Positions 36,801 to 49,500 of a stretch of 64,000 nucleotides of DNA are shown here, in pieces; position 1 is the first letter of the stretch, and every line of letters begins with the position of its first letter. Position numbers and translations under genes: made by a program. Source of the DNA: Geosiphon pyriformis uo1. Its lineage: Eukaryota; Fungi; Glomeromycota. The notes beneath the pieces were generated by a model. The model did not search any database. It was not told the DNA's origin and saw only the letters and a list, made by a program, of their open reading frames with translations. Location: assembly GCA_016748015.1 (NCBI GenBank), contig JAAOMT010000003.1, forward strand, positions 438,373 to 502,372, given 5' to 3'.

Positions 36801-39507
36801 AATAACAAGTATGATTTTCATATTCTTCTTCAGGTAAAATGCAGGCTCCCATTGATGATAGTTTCTTGTGGCAGTCTTTATATTTAAGGGGAATATAGGG
36901 GCATTGTTTCCTTGGTTTGGGTTTTGAGTAAGGGATATTCCATCCAGAGGTTTTGGGTTCAGAGTGTGGGGTAAAATGTTCTTGTTCTGTTTCATCAGCC
37001 CAGTTGGACATTGATTCAAAAACCATGAATGTTTCAATGAGGGGTTTTTCCTCTTCCAGTTCGAATTCAAAAGCTGGGGCTTTTTCAAAGCGTTTGTTAA
37101 ATGTACCACAAGTGGCAGATACCTAGGCATGTTGTCCTTGATAGGAGATTGTTAACCCTTGTGTTTCTCAATTCAGATTAGCATTGGCTTTTTGAAGCCA
37201 ATCATTTCTGACAAGAGCTTGGTACTGGGGTGCGTCCATTACAAGAACTTTGACTGAAATGGTGATTCCATCAAGAGTAAATGAAAAATTGTCAATTTCT
37301 CCTATTGGGGTCTTTTTCATGCCATTGGCAATGACAATTACTGTTTGAGCTGGTTGGTTGACATTTTTTTTCAACTGTTGCATTAACTGGTAGGTGATAA
37401 TGCTTCCGGCGGATCTACTTTCTAAGATCAAGCAAATTGTCTTTCCTTTAATTTCTGCTTCAGTGTACATAGCCATGATTGCTTTTTGTTCATTGGCAGC
37501 TGCATTGCTAAGCAGGAATGGTGACTTATTTGCTTCGAACTCAAAAGAGAATATATCTAAAAGGTTAGTGTTTTCAGCAATTCTGGCTGGTGGAATTGTG
37601 GTGGGAGTATAAGAAAAGTTTTGTTGTTGTGCTGCAGCTCTACTTTCTGAGAGTGCAGTATGGTAAAAATCCTGTTCTTCTGGCATTGTTAAATAACTGG
37701 GTTGAGTATAATAGTGGTTGGGTCTTGGTTGAATGGAATTTTGGGGAATTAATTGGTTGTTTGAACTGATTCTATTGTTGTTTACTTGGTATCAGTTTTG
37801 TGGTGTGAATTGATTTTGTGTAATCAGTCTTCGAGCAGGTACTTGATAATGTTGTGTGGGTAGTTGTTGGTATTGCTGTTGGATTGGTTGTGGGGCAGGC
37901 TGATAATAGTTATTTTAGTATTGGGGTCTTGGTGAATAGTAAGCTGGTGGTGGTGGTTGATAATAAGATTGCTGTAGTGGAGGGTAACATTAATTACTCC
38001 TATTTTGTTGGTCTCATTGTAGCTTTCTGCAATCTTTTTTCCAGTGGTCAGAGATTCCACAGTAATGGCAATTCTGAGGCTGGTTATTGGAAAGTGGTGC
38101 AAAGTTATTTTGATTTTGTCTTTGGGATGGTTGATATCTTTGGGGTTGCTGTTGTTGTTGATTAGTGAAATAGTTTTCAACCTTCTTTATGAGTTGGTCA
38201 ATTTTTTTCTCAGCTGCTGAGCTGGTTTCTCTAATTGCCAAATTTACAAGTTTTGTGCAATTGGTCTCTTCCATGGCTATTTTGTATCTTTTCGCATGCT
38301 GTATGACAGAGTTTAAATCTTCTAGCACATGTGGGTGAACCTTTTTAATTAGTTTATTTTTTAGACCAGTGATAAATTGATCCAAGATTTGAGCATCAGA
38401 ATAATAATTGTTTGTTTTGAGTTGGCAAATTTGTCTGAAAAGTTTGTTGAATTTTCCAATATAAGTCATAACAGATTCGGAGGGTTCTTGTTTGATATTT
38501 CGAAAACGATTGTGAAGGATGATGGAGGTATTATTGTCGGTAAACTGTTCAAGAAAGACTGCTTTGAAAGCATTCTAATCATTGAATGGGACAGCCAAGT
38601 TTTCAAACCATTCTCCTGCTGTTTCTTTAAGAAAGTAGGGAATTGTTCTTAACATTCTGGCAGCATTCCATCCATTTGTATCTCCAGCTTTAGTAACTTG
38701 GTCGAGCCATTCTTGGGGACTAGTCTCAATGTCTTCTCTATTAAATTCAGGAATTTTTGTGATGTATGTTGTCATTTTGTCTTCTTTGTTTTCACTGTTT
38801 ATTGATTCTTCTTTAGATATTTCAGATTTGTTTTCTTCGTTTGCTGCTGTCTCAGAGTGTTCACTTTGATTTTCAGCTAGAAAGTCAAGGAGATTGGAAC
38901 TAGTTTGAAGGGGTTTTTGTTGTCTGATGGGACTTCTGAGTAATGTAAAATTTTCTGGTCTTGCAAATCAATTCAAAGGTGAATTAGGCATTTGTGCTTG
39001 TGCAAGTGAAGCTGGAAAAGGTGTGATAATAAGTGGAAGTTTTGAACTGGTTCCTTGTTCAGGTGTTTGTAAATGTTTGGCAGTTGTTTTTGGTAGTGTT
39101 GGAGTATTTGGGGTGGTTTTTGAGTATTGTTTTAATTTGTTTTTGCCTTTGTTGCTTGTTTCTGTTTCCGATTCAAAATTAATAGAGTATTGAGACTGCA
39201 CTGGATATGTTTCTTCACAGTATTTAATAATATTAAAATTAAGTTCGTGAAAGTAAGTGGCAAGTGTTTTACTGTTAAGGTCTTCAGTTCCCAACTGTAA
39301 ATAGTGTGCTAAATTATTGTAAAGGTTGCTTCTAACTTCTGAAATATTGTAATTTCCAAAAAGATAATTGTTGATGCGGTTTTCAATGTATTAGTATACT
39401 GATTTTTTGACAACTTCAATTTCGTCTGGAATGTTAAATCTTTGCTTGCAGTAGGTATAAATTGATTAGTAATACTTTAGAATTGTTGTGTCTGGTGTGG
39501 TTGCCAC
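33889..39507 (-). pseudogene. Element C polyprotein Gag-PR-Cys-rich-dUTPase-RT-RNase H
   Basis: CHYCGISDHWKKDC; degenerate PR LILESRSAGS; dUTPase in 35500-36264; RT pieces 34750-35031, 34354-34566; ends VDCLSRIRQD*. Confidence 0.9.
35731..36157 (-). pseudogene. dut: dUTPase domain of element C
   Basis: All five trimeric dUTPase motifs: AGYDL, SRFSLA, GIIDAGYT, KIAQ, RGTQGFGSIG. Confidence 0.93.
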
Positions 39508-42500
39508 TTTGAATTTTGTTGTTGCTGTGTTATTTCTGTGGGAGAGCACCAAATGTTACCGGAGGTTTTTGGTCTCCTTTCTTGAATGTTGTTGATGCCT
39601 GTTTGCTGTGAATTCACGTTTTCAGGAAGTAGTTGGATCTCCAGTAACTGAATTTATCTTCAAATTATCTCCTATAATTTGAACTTGCTGGGCTTATAAG
39701 TGGAATGGCCAATTCTGTGCCAGTTGCTTTATGTAGTTACATTGTAGTAAACATCAACTCTTTCCCAGGAATTGCTCATCTGGAAGCTCACTAAAAATGT
39801 GTAGTTACTTTGCTGTGAAAGTCAACTCTTCTACAGGAATCTCGTCTGTAGGCTACCCTAATGATTGTAATAAAAAAAGAAAAGAAAAATAAAAGAAATG
39901 TAAAAGAAATAGGATTTTATCAAGGGAAACGTTTTTCTATTCAGGCCTGGAGTTACTAACAGTTTACTGAAATTGGTAGCTAATCAATTTCAAAACGTTA
40001 GTTGGGTTTTGGGAATTTTCCAAGTGCAATAATTAAAGAATTTGGTTTTTTGAATTATTTGATATTTTTTTTTTTTTGTGTATGTAAAAATGGTTTTAAG
40101 TGATAAATCTAAAGTAAGATACATTTTCTCGAAGAGAGATGTTCTTCTTTTATACAACTTGTCATAACACTATTTTATGAACTTGAACTTTGCTATTTTC
40201 TACAATTTTATTGAACTAAAGATACATTTTGGCAAACTACAAGTTATTTCTGCGAACTATTAAATATTTCAGTGAACTATCAATTATTTCAGCAAATTTC
40301 TACAAATTTTGGCGAACTTTTGAATGTTACATAGTTCGGGGTATTGCATAATTGATTATCGCAATTAGGTTACATTTGTGTTGTGTACAAATTGGGTTAT
40401 TAATTTAAATGATAATTTCAGACATTTTGCTAATGTAATAAGTGATAATTTGAAATGATAATATATGCTAATTAATAATAGGATTTATAAGATAATTTCA
40501 TGCTAAATAATATCTCTAATTTTGTCTAGTAACAACAGCCAGACTGCTTTGGATGCATGTAAATTAGAATCCATGTTGACTCATCCAGATTTCAGAAATC
40601 AGTATTGAATTGAGCATTGCCATATTGTTAATGTTATTTATCACAAAAATTTAGATGTTAATTGGATTAAAATTAGAGGTTACTCTGGTGTCTTGGGCAA
40701 TGAACATGCTAATGTTTTCACTGGAGCTACTGCTTTTACTGAAGCTACTGCATTCTTTGATATGTGTCTTCCTCACATAATCGATGAATATTTTCTCAGA
40801 GCTGGTGGTATTGCAGTGTTTAGTAGTTCTAGGCATTTTGTTTGTGGTGTTTTCTGATTTGTTTATCATGCACACTAGGAGGTTGGTTCTGGTTACTAAG
40901 TTTTGGTGAATAACCTATATGCTGATGTTGATTGGTCTAGATCTTCTTTGGTGTGGCATCCAGACTTTTATTTGGCTGCTGGTTTCACTAGTACTCAGAT
41001 TGCTGGCTTTTGAATGTATTTTATAAAGACATTGCATTATTATCTTCCAGTTGCTGTATGTAAGTGTCTTTATAATAGGAGTTATTCCAGTGTAATATGT
41101 CTATTCTGCAGCAATGTTGAGGTCTCAGACCATGTGTTTTTTTGTCCATTTGATGCTGCTAATTATGCTCAGTTGATAGAAGTTCATGCATCTGCTTGGG
41201 AGACATGCTTGAGTTTATTTCGCTCTTCTTTATGTGTTTCATAGTTGCTTTCTACTTGTGTCTCCAATGTTGTTGTTGGTGCAGTTCTGTGTAAAAACTT
41301 TGTTTTCAAGGAGTGGTATTGTGAATTTGTTGTTGTTTTTAAAAACTATAAGGTTGCAGCTCAGTCTTTGTGCATGAGTTTTGTCTTGTGTTTCATAATA
41401 ATGTTTGGCTAGTGTGTGCTAAGCACCAGGCTGTTATGAAAAAAGGTGACATGATTCTGCATAATAATTCTGTTTCTGTTTCAATCTCTGGTCTTCTTTT
41501 GGTGCTTTTGGCCAGTGTGGTTAGATTGTTGGATATTGCAGATACATTTGGTATTAGTTTTGGGTTTTGTAAATCTTGTTTATTTTTTTCAGGTATAGAT
41601 AATATAGTTTTAGTATATATAAGTGCCTAGTGTTGTTCTAACTAGCATGAATGGCTGGTCACATGTAGAAAATGCATGATTCATACCTAGTTTAAATCAC
41701 TTGTATAATGTATTGTATTAGGCAGTGTTTGGATCTTACTCGTTAAATTGAATAAAAAAAAAATATATTAAATAATTAATAATAATATTAAATAATAGAA
41801 AATAATAAATAATAATTAACAAAAACAAAGTAATATAAAAAAATATTAAAAATATTAAAACAAAAAATAAAAATATATACAAATAGTTTTAATTTTAAAA
41901 AAATATCTTGTATATATTTAAATTATATAAGTTAATATATAAGATTTTATTAAAATATTCAAATTTAATTATTTTTTTATTTTAATAAAATTATTAAATA
42001 AATTTTTTAATTTTATTATTAAAATATTTTTACTTGTTTATAATTAATATAATATTTTAAATATTTTAATAAATTGAACCAATTTTTTTTAATTATAATT
42101 ATTAATAGAATATTAATTTTTTAATTTATTTTTTTGGTTTTTTTTAAAAAAAATTGTAATTAATTTAAAATTAATCAAATAATCGTGGAAAAAACTCTTT
42201 GTCTCCTTAATTTTATGACCACGACCAAAACAAAAAGTAAAAAAGCTATACCTGATATCTGTCCTGAGATATCTAATAAAATTTCAACCAGAGAAGCTCT
42301 CTCTGTTGTAGAAGCAACTAAGCAAAACGTTTTAGAAGCCTTTTCTTTACTCAGTAATTGTGATAAACTGTCTTTGGTGGCCACTGAAACAACTTCCTCA
42401 TCTTTGGCTAGTTTTTCACCAGTCAAAGTTCTCTTAAAGAGACACACTTGGATTAGTCCCAGTGTTGCCTTCACTTCTACTAAGAGCCCAAAAGTGTTTA

Positions 42501-44314
42501 ATAATAGACCAGTTAACAAGCTGGTTTTTCCTTCCATAGCTCTTACATTTGGTGCTGCTAGCATCTCCTCTTCAAAAAAAATGGTCAAAAAGACCAAAAG
42601 TTCAAAAAAGTGGGAGCAGTCACTTGTCTCTGCTATTATTATATCAAATCTCTTTGTGGTTTCCAATAAAATTTTAGATAAGATTTCCATAGCATTATTC
42701 AGTATATCATCCAAAATAGGCCTAGATCAACCACTGGCTGTGTTGCCAAATATGGTGTCTTCTAGTAGATTGTCACCAGTTTTAGAAACAAAACAATCTC
42801 TTCCTGTTGGGTCATCTGTTCTTGAGAACTGGACTGATTAAATGAAAACTGAATCATCTCCTCCTCTAGTTTCTGGTGCTACTTCTAGTGGTGCTTGGGA
42901 AACTATTGCTAGTTGCCAAAGGTTTGCTGGGTGGGTGGCCTCTATTCTGGTGCTTAATGCTACTTTTAAAATCAAATTGGCTTATATTAAGGCTGTTTTT
43001 CAATTAGTACATAGTTTTCTGAGTGTGAAGTCAGTATCAAAGGACAATATGAAGCTGTTTTGTGTGAAGTTTGCTTCTCAAGTGTCTTTAAAAGCTGCAT
43101 TTTTGGTTGAACTTACAAGCTCTGTATGTTTGGCTACCCTCAAAATTGCCAAGTTTTTGGTGGTTTCTGAGTTTGGCTCTTCTTCTGCTGCTGTTGTGCT
43201 GCATAATGTGCTGTTATGAGTAAACATAGTGAGTATGGGAAATGGTAATATTTGGTGCTCTCAATTATTAATGATGCATCTTCCACATAATTCTGTTGGC
43301 TTAGTTTTGATTATCAATCTCTGAAGGTTTATTTCTGGATGTGAATTTACCCATTGAGTTCTTTGGTTATAAGGCACAGAGTTTGTCTTTTGTTGATTAC
43401 AACGTTTTTCGTAAATGTAAGCTTTCTTTTCCAAGCTAATGAGCGCAGTTGTTAGGGTCTGGTGTTGTCTTTTCACCCTTCTGGTAAGCTAATAAGATAA
43501 TGTTAATATCCAAAACTTAGGGGGAGCTTCCCTCTTTTACCAGGCTATCACGAAGTTTATTTCCAGACAGTTGATTTTACTATGTTGCTGCTCCACAAAA
43601 AATAAGACAGAAAAAGAAAAAAAAAGAAAAAGAAAAAGAAAAAAAAAGAAAAGAGAGAAAAGATAAATTAGTATTGTCAATTGCTGTAATCAAAAGTGAT
43701 TGGTCCAAATCATTAATAGGTTCGAGGTGGTTATGCTAAAAGCATCTGTCCTAGAACAGAGGTATGAGACAAGGATTAATTCACATAAATTCCATGAAGT
43801 TCGAGAACATGAATTCGTAATTCTGATTTCTTTAATAATTGGTTTATTTCAGGAGATGAAATAGGGAAGATAATAAAAGATGAAGAGATATGGATATTTT
43901 AATTCTTGTTTAAAGGTTCGTATCTATCTGTCTGTCTTTTTTCACTTCTACAACTACTTGCTTTTATACATTCTTTTGGTTTTACAGGATTGCTTTCAAT
44001 TGTTTTGCTATTGCTAGCTATTGCTTTGTTGTTTCTGTTATTGCTTTGTTTTTCTATGTTATTGCTAGTTATCCTATGTTATAACACATTATCTGATGCT
44101 ATTACATGTTATTCTATGTTATCCTGCATTATAACACGTTATCCTACATTATTGCATGCTATTCTGTGTTATTCTGCATTATAACACATTATTCTATGTT
44201 ATAATACATTATTCAATATTATTGTGCATTATTCTGTGTTATGTCATGTTTTGGTCACGTTTCTTCATAACTTTGGATTGGTTTTTCTATTCGGGTAACA
44301 TTATTCCTCTCTTT

Positions 44315-45048
44315 TTAAAATTGAGCTCCTGCGAAACTGTATGTATCTGTTATTGTGGCTTTGTTTATGTAATGTTCGATTGTTGCCTCAAGTATTGCCT
44401 TTTGTAGGTCTTTGAACTGTTGATTGGTTATTTGTCCTATGTTGTTAACCGTTATGGTTTTCATAGATCCATTTAGTAGTACGTTTGGACAATGTTGAAA
44501 GGCTGTGTATAGTCGGTATGCTGCTTTGTAATGTAGGGTCAGGTTGTTTTTCCCTACAAATTTTTCTATTTGTTGTATTGCTTCTTTGTTAAACATTTTC
44601 TGGCTGAGGTCTTTGTATGGTGTTTTCAAGTCAAGCTGTTCTCTAATTTTGTAGAACCAATAAGCTGGAGGAAGTCTTTCTTTCCATTCTTGGGCATTGT
44701 TAGGTATCCACTCCCCTGTTTCGGAGAGTTCAGTCCCATGAGCTAAAGCTTCTTTTATTTTTTCAAGCTTGGAGACCAAGTATCTTCTTTTGTAACCTTT
44801 TTTTGTTCTTTGTCTCCTTCTTTTCCACCTCCTGTCTGAAGGCAATTTTTCCTTCAACATTGTCTTTCGGGTGGTGGGTAGGGGAGGGAATGTTTAGTTC
44901 TAATTGAACTTTTGTCCTCCCCTCTCCTGCTTTTATCTTTGTATTGTATCTCTTTTTTATCAATTGTTATTTCTATTTGAGATGTCAATTTTTGAATTGT
45001 TTCAAATAATTGTTTAGATAATTTTAAAATTTGATCTGAAAAGTTTAT
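44315..45048 (-). pseudogene. Element D ORF3, unknown function
   Basis: Pieces 44854-45258 (NFSDQILKLSKQL...IEITI) and 44315-44860 (WFYKIREQL...AAYRLYTAF...IGQITNQQF); probable start ATG>ATA at 45048. Confidence 0.72.
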
Positions 45049-45128
45049 GTTGAAATTTCTATCATTTTTTGCTGCTTTTCGGATGCTATATATATTTGAA
45101 TTCCCCAATTTAATTTGCTGCCCATTGT

Positions 45129-46496
45129 CTATGTTTCGATGACAATGATTGGTTCTAGATCTCGTGGTATATTTTCTGGTCTGATTAATGAAATTTGTGT
45201 TCCTAGTTGAGGTATTGATGACGATGATTCCTGTTTTACATGATAAATTTTTAACCAATTTCCATGTACTACTTTCTTTAAAATTCTGTCTTCCAATCGT
45301 AATTTGTAAGCTCCATTTCCTAATGCTTTGTGTATGTGGAATAAATTATCCCACTTTGGGTCAAACTTTCCACTCCACTGTTTTTTAGCTTTTGTATGAT
45401 GTAACAGTACTTGGTCTCCAATCCTGAATTCCATTGGTTGTTCTGATAGGTGTTTATCATGTTTTTCTTTTTGTCATTCTTGAGCATGACTAATATTGTT
45501 AGCTGCTGTTTTTTGATTGTTTTTTAACGTTTCCATTAGCTGGTACGTTTTTTGGTATAAGGTAGTCTCAAAATTCTCTTCATTGATTGTTTCTGTTGGG
45601 TATGACAGTATCACTCATTCAATTGGTAATGTAGTTTTTCTTCCATAGACTAGTTCGAATGGTGTGAACTGAGTCATATTTTGTTTCAATGTTCAGTATG
45701 CAAAGAGTACAAAAGGTATGAATAAGTCTTATTCTTGTCTGTTTTCATGACTTATTTTTGCTAGTGCTTTGTACAGTGTTTTGTTAAATTGTTCTACTAG
45801 TCCATTTGTTTGTGGGTGGTATGGTGACGATAAGAGTCTCTTTATTTTAAACCATTGGCTTAGTTCAGTCAGCATATTATTAACAAAGTGTGTTCCCTAA
45901 TCAGATAATAATTCTTTCGGACATCCATGTCGGCAAATTAGGTCTTAATGCACAAATTTGGTGACTGTTTTGGCATTAGCCACTTGGATTGCTTTGGCTT
46001 CTGGCCATTTTGTAAGATAGTCTATGGCTACAGCAATATAGCAATTTCTTTGGGATGTAATCAAAAGAGGTCCAACCAAATCAATCCTAATTCTATCAAA
46101 TAGATTTCCAACTGGAATGGGTCAAAGTAGTTCTGTTGATCTTGCTCCTTCTCTTTGCTGGCATGCATCACAATTGAGCATGTATTCGAAAATGTCTTTG
46201 TATATCATTAGCCAATAGTATAAGTTTAGTGTTCTTTCAAGGGTAGTATCTTTGTTAAAGTGTTCTGCAGTTGGATCTGAGTGCATGCTATATAGTATAG
46301 TTTCTCTTTTACTGTTTTTGATTAGTCATTGTGGATTGGAGTGGTTTCAGCATTCTCGTCGATATAGTTGGTTGTCTTGAATAAAATAATTTTGGGCTTG
46401 TTTTCATATGGTACTCTGTTCTTGTTGAGATAATATCTTCTTGAAACATAGTGTCAATAGGTACTGATGTAGTCATTAATAAGTGAGTGTGTCCAT
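45129..46496 (-). pseudogene. Element D integrase (separate cistron)
   Basis: ATG at 46496 (MDTLTY..LHQYLLTL), HHCC, PYHPQTNGLVE, C-terminal PRDLEPIIVIET*. Confidence 0.9.
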
Positions 46497-46506
46497 GGAT
46501 CTGGGA

Positions 46507-49500
46507 TTAGGTTTGTGACATCCTCGACAAACTGTTAGCATTGGTGTTCTTAGATCCTCCCTTGTAATAGATTTTGAGTGGAAATTGTTGCAGATAAGTA
46601 CTCCATCTCACATATTTTCCTTCTAGTTATGGATTGTTAAGTAACCAAATAAGTCCTTTGTGGTCAGTATATAGGTCAAATGGTTGACTGAGGTAATGTT
46701 TCCAAGTCTGTATGGCCCAATAAATGGTGAGACATTCTAGATCTGTTGTGCTGTAATTTTTTTCTGCTGGGCTAGTGCTGCAACTAGCATAGACAATTGG
46801 GTGTTCTCTATTGTCTGGTCCTATCTGTGATAAAACTGCTCCTAGAGCATTTTTCGAGGCATCCATAGTGACAATGAACTGTTTAGTAAAATCTGGATAA
46901 ATCAAGATTGGGGATGTGATCAATTGCTGCTTAAGATAGTTGAATGCTTTCTGTTGATCTTCCTTCCACAAGTACAGTACATATTTAGACAACAATTGAT
47001 GAAGTGGTTTTGTAATGTTCGAGAAACCTTTGACAAATCGATAATAATATTCTGCCAATCTTAAAAATCTTCGTAATTCTCTAAGGTTGATTGGGGCTGG
47101 AAAATCCTTGACTTTTTGTACTTTATCTGGATTGGGTTTAACTTCATCTTTGCTAATTACATGTTCTAGAAATTTTAATTTGGTTTTTCCAAAGAAGCAC
47201 TTCTTGGGATTGAGTTTCAATCCGGCACTATGAAGACATTTGAAGACTTGTTGCAGGTGGAGCAGATGGTCTTCGAATGTTTTGGAGAACACATTTGTGT
47301 CGTTTAGGTAAACTACTACTAATTTCCAAAGAATTCCTTTGTATACTACATCCATCAGGTATTGAAACATAACAGGAGCATTACAAAGTTCAAAAGACAT
47401 TACATTAAACTCAAAGTTTCCGTCTTGAGTAGTAAACACTGTTTTTTCTTTGTCTTTGGAGTCCATTTCAACTTGCCAGTAACCACTTGCTAAATCTAAT
47501 GATGAAAACTATTTCTTTTTCCCTAGATTGTCCAGAATTTCCTGGATGAGGGGAGTGGGATAACTATCTCTTCGCGTAATGCTATTTAGTTTTTGATAAT
47601 CTACGCAGAATTGCACTTTTCCGTTTTTCTTGGTAACCAAGACTACTGGAGAGAACCAAGGGCTTAATAATTCTTTGATTAAGCCATTATCAAGCATTCA
47701 TTGCACTTCTTGCTTAATTAGGTTATCACCAGATGGGGGTACGCGGTAAGTTCGTTGCTTAATCGGTCGAGTGTCTTCCATATTAATCTGATGCTTCACA
47801 ATGTCGGTGCATTCGAACTTATTTTCATTGACAAAGACATTGGCATACTAATTCAGAAGGACTTTGAGTTGCATTTGTTGCAGGGTACTTAAATTTCCTA
47901 AATTCAATTTATTGATCTCTTCTAGTGTGAACAAGTAACTTTCTTTTGGCAAATTCCATATTTGTGAAGTAATGTCACAGAATAAGAATAATTGTGCGAA
48001 ATCTAGAATGGACTGGGGTTTTTCAGGATTCTAAATATCTGCGGATATGGAACTGATGAGGGTTCCTTCGGGGATTTCAATGACATTTTCTGTCGGGTTG
48101 TAAATGGGGATTTTGAAGTGTTTATGGACTTTGGCCAGTAGGTATAGATTAGCAACATCAGCTAGGGAACAAATTTCAGAACTGGCTTTGAATAACAGGG
48201 CTTGATCTTGAATCTTTCGATTCACCTTAAGGATGTATTGTCAGTATAGGGGAATGGAGATGATGATGTCAGTGTTGATAAATTCTATCTGGTTACTGTC
48301 TTCCTCCATAAAATTAACTGGTACGTTTCCTCTTCGACTTTATCCAAACCCATTAATTCCTCGAGCAGTGAGACCTAACTCTTTTCAGGTTGTTACTGGG
48401 GTTAATTGGGGTATTTTAACTAGGGGTAGGAAGATAGCTTGGGCAATCTTTTCTTGTAATTTTATTTTGTAGGGTCTGTCCGAATTGTTTTATAGCATCA
48501 TGATAATATTTCCCATGTAACCGACATCAATGATTCCTCCTTTTACATCAATTTTTTTCTTGGCTAGACTAGATCGAGAGACAACTTGTACCATTGTACT
48601 AACAGAAATTTCTAACACTATCTTAAGATCTATTTTTACGAGGGAATGTGGGACTATAATGATGAGTGATTGTTTGGAGTATCATAGATCAAAACTGGCA
48701 TTGGTGTCATGCACTTTTTTGGGACAGATTCTTTCTTTGTTGTCACTGTACCATTTTAGCTCTAGTTTTTTGAATAGGTTGGGATACATGAGATACTGTT
48801 CTGTTTCAGTATCCTCAGTTGGATCTTGAAATGACATGTTCTTGGTGATCAATACCTCTTCTTTAGGCTCAGGTAGTTTGGTGATTGGAAACAGTATTCT
48901 TGGAGGCGGATTGAACATGAGATCACATTTGTCACAGTACTGGAAATGACAGGGGATCAAACAGTGATTGCACAGTTTGGTATTCAAATCGGCCAACCTT
49001 TGCTCTTGTTCTTCGTGAGTCAGGACCAATTTTTGATATCAGTTCTGAAATGTGTCTGGGTCATTTGTGAAGAAATCATCTTTGGAATAGTCAGGTCTAT
49101 TATATTTGGGTGTCCAAGGGTTGTTCTTGATTTCTCGTATTTTTTCAGGCATGGCGCCTTTGGCCTTGGTGCTTGCCATTCTCCAGATTTCATGGTCATT
49201 GTGTGGATAACTGTTCAGCCTGTTGAGTGCTCGTTTCCAAGCATCCTCGATAGAGGTTCCCTTTCATACCCAATTGTTGATTAATATGGTGTATTGACAA
49301 GCCTCGTCGCATGTTTTTCCTCTGCCAAGCACATTATTCCAGAGTCTTTTATCTGGCAGAATTTTGCCATATGCGAGGCACAATGTGTTGTTCCACTTGT
49401 CTTGTCATTTTGGTCATCCAAATCTTTCCAATAAACAAAGTCTGCAATAGTATTTGGTGGCAGTGGGCCATTTTTCGTTGTCCTCGATACATGCACTCAT

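Larger units (their letters stand above)
30680..40534 (-). mobile_element. Ty3/Gypsy-like LTR retrotransposon C (complete, decayed)
   Basis: LTRs 30680-31625 and 39554-40534; TSD ACAG; PBS TGGTGCTCTCCCACAG; PPT GAGGAGGAGG at ~31629-31638. Confidence 0.96.
30495..41763 (+). mobile_element. LINE 5, 5'-truncated, split in RNase H by element C
   Basis: MAELQAIALALEC...LFLD|SQTALDAC rejoins across the TSD; CLFCSNVEVSDHVFFC; stop at 41630; A-tail ~41754-41763. Confidence 0.9.

Noticed and set aside
43906-44407. Hydrophobic membrane-protein-like ORFs (also 53089-53283)
   Set aside because: Translations of T-rich U3 tandem repeats in the D LTRs
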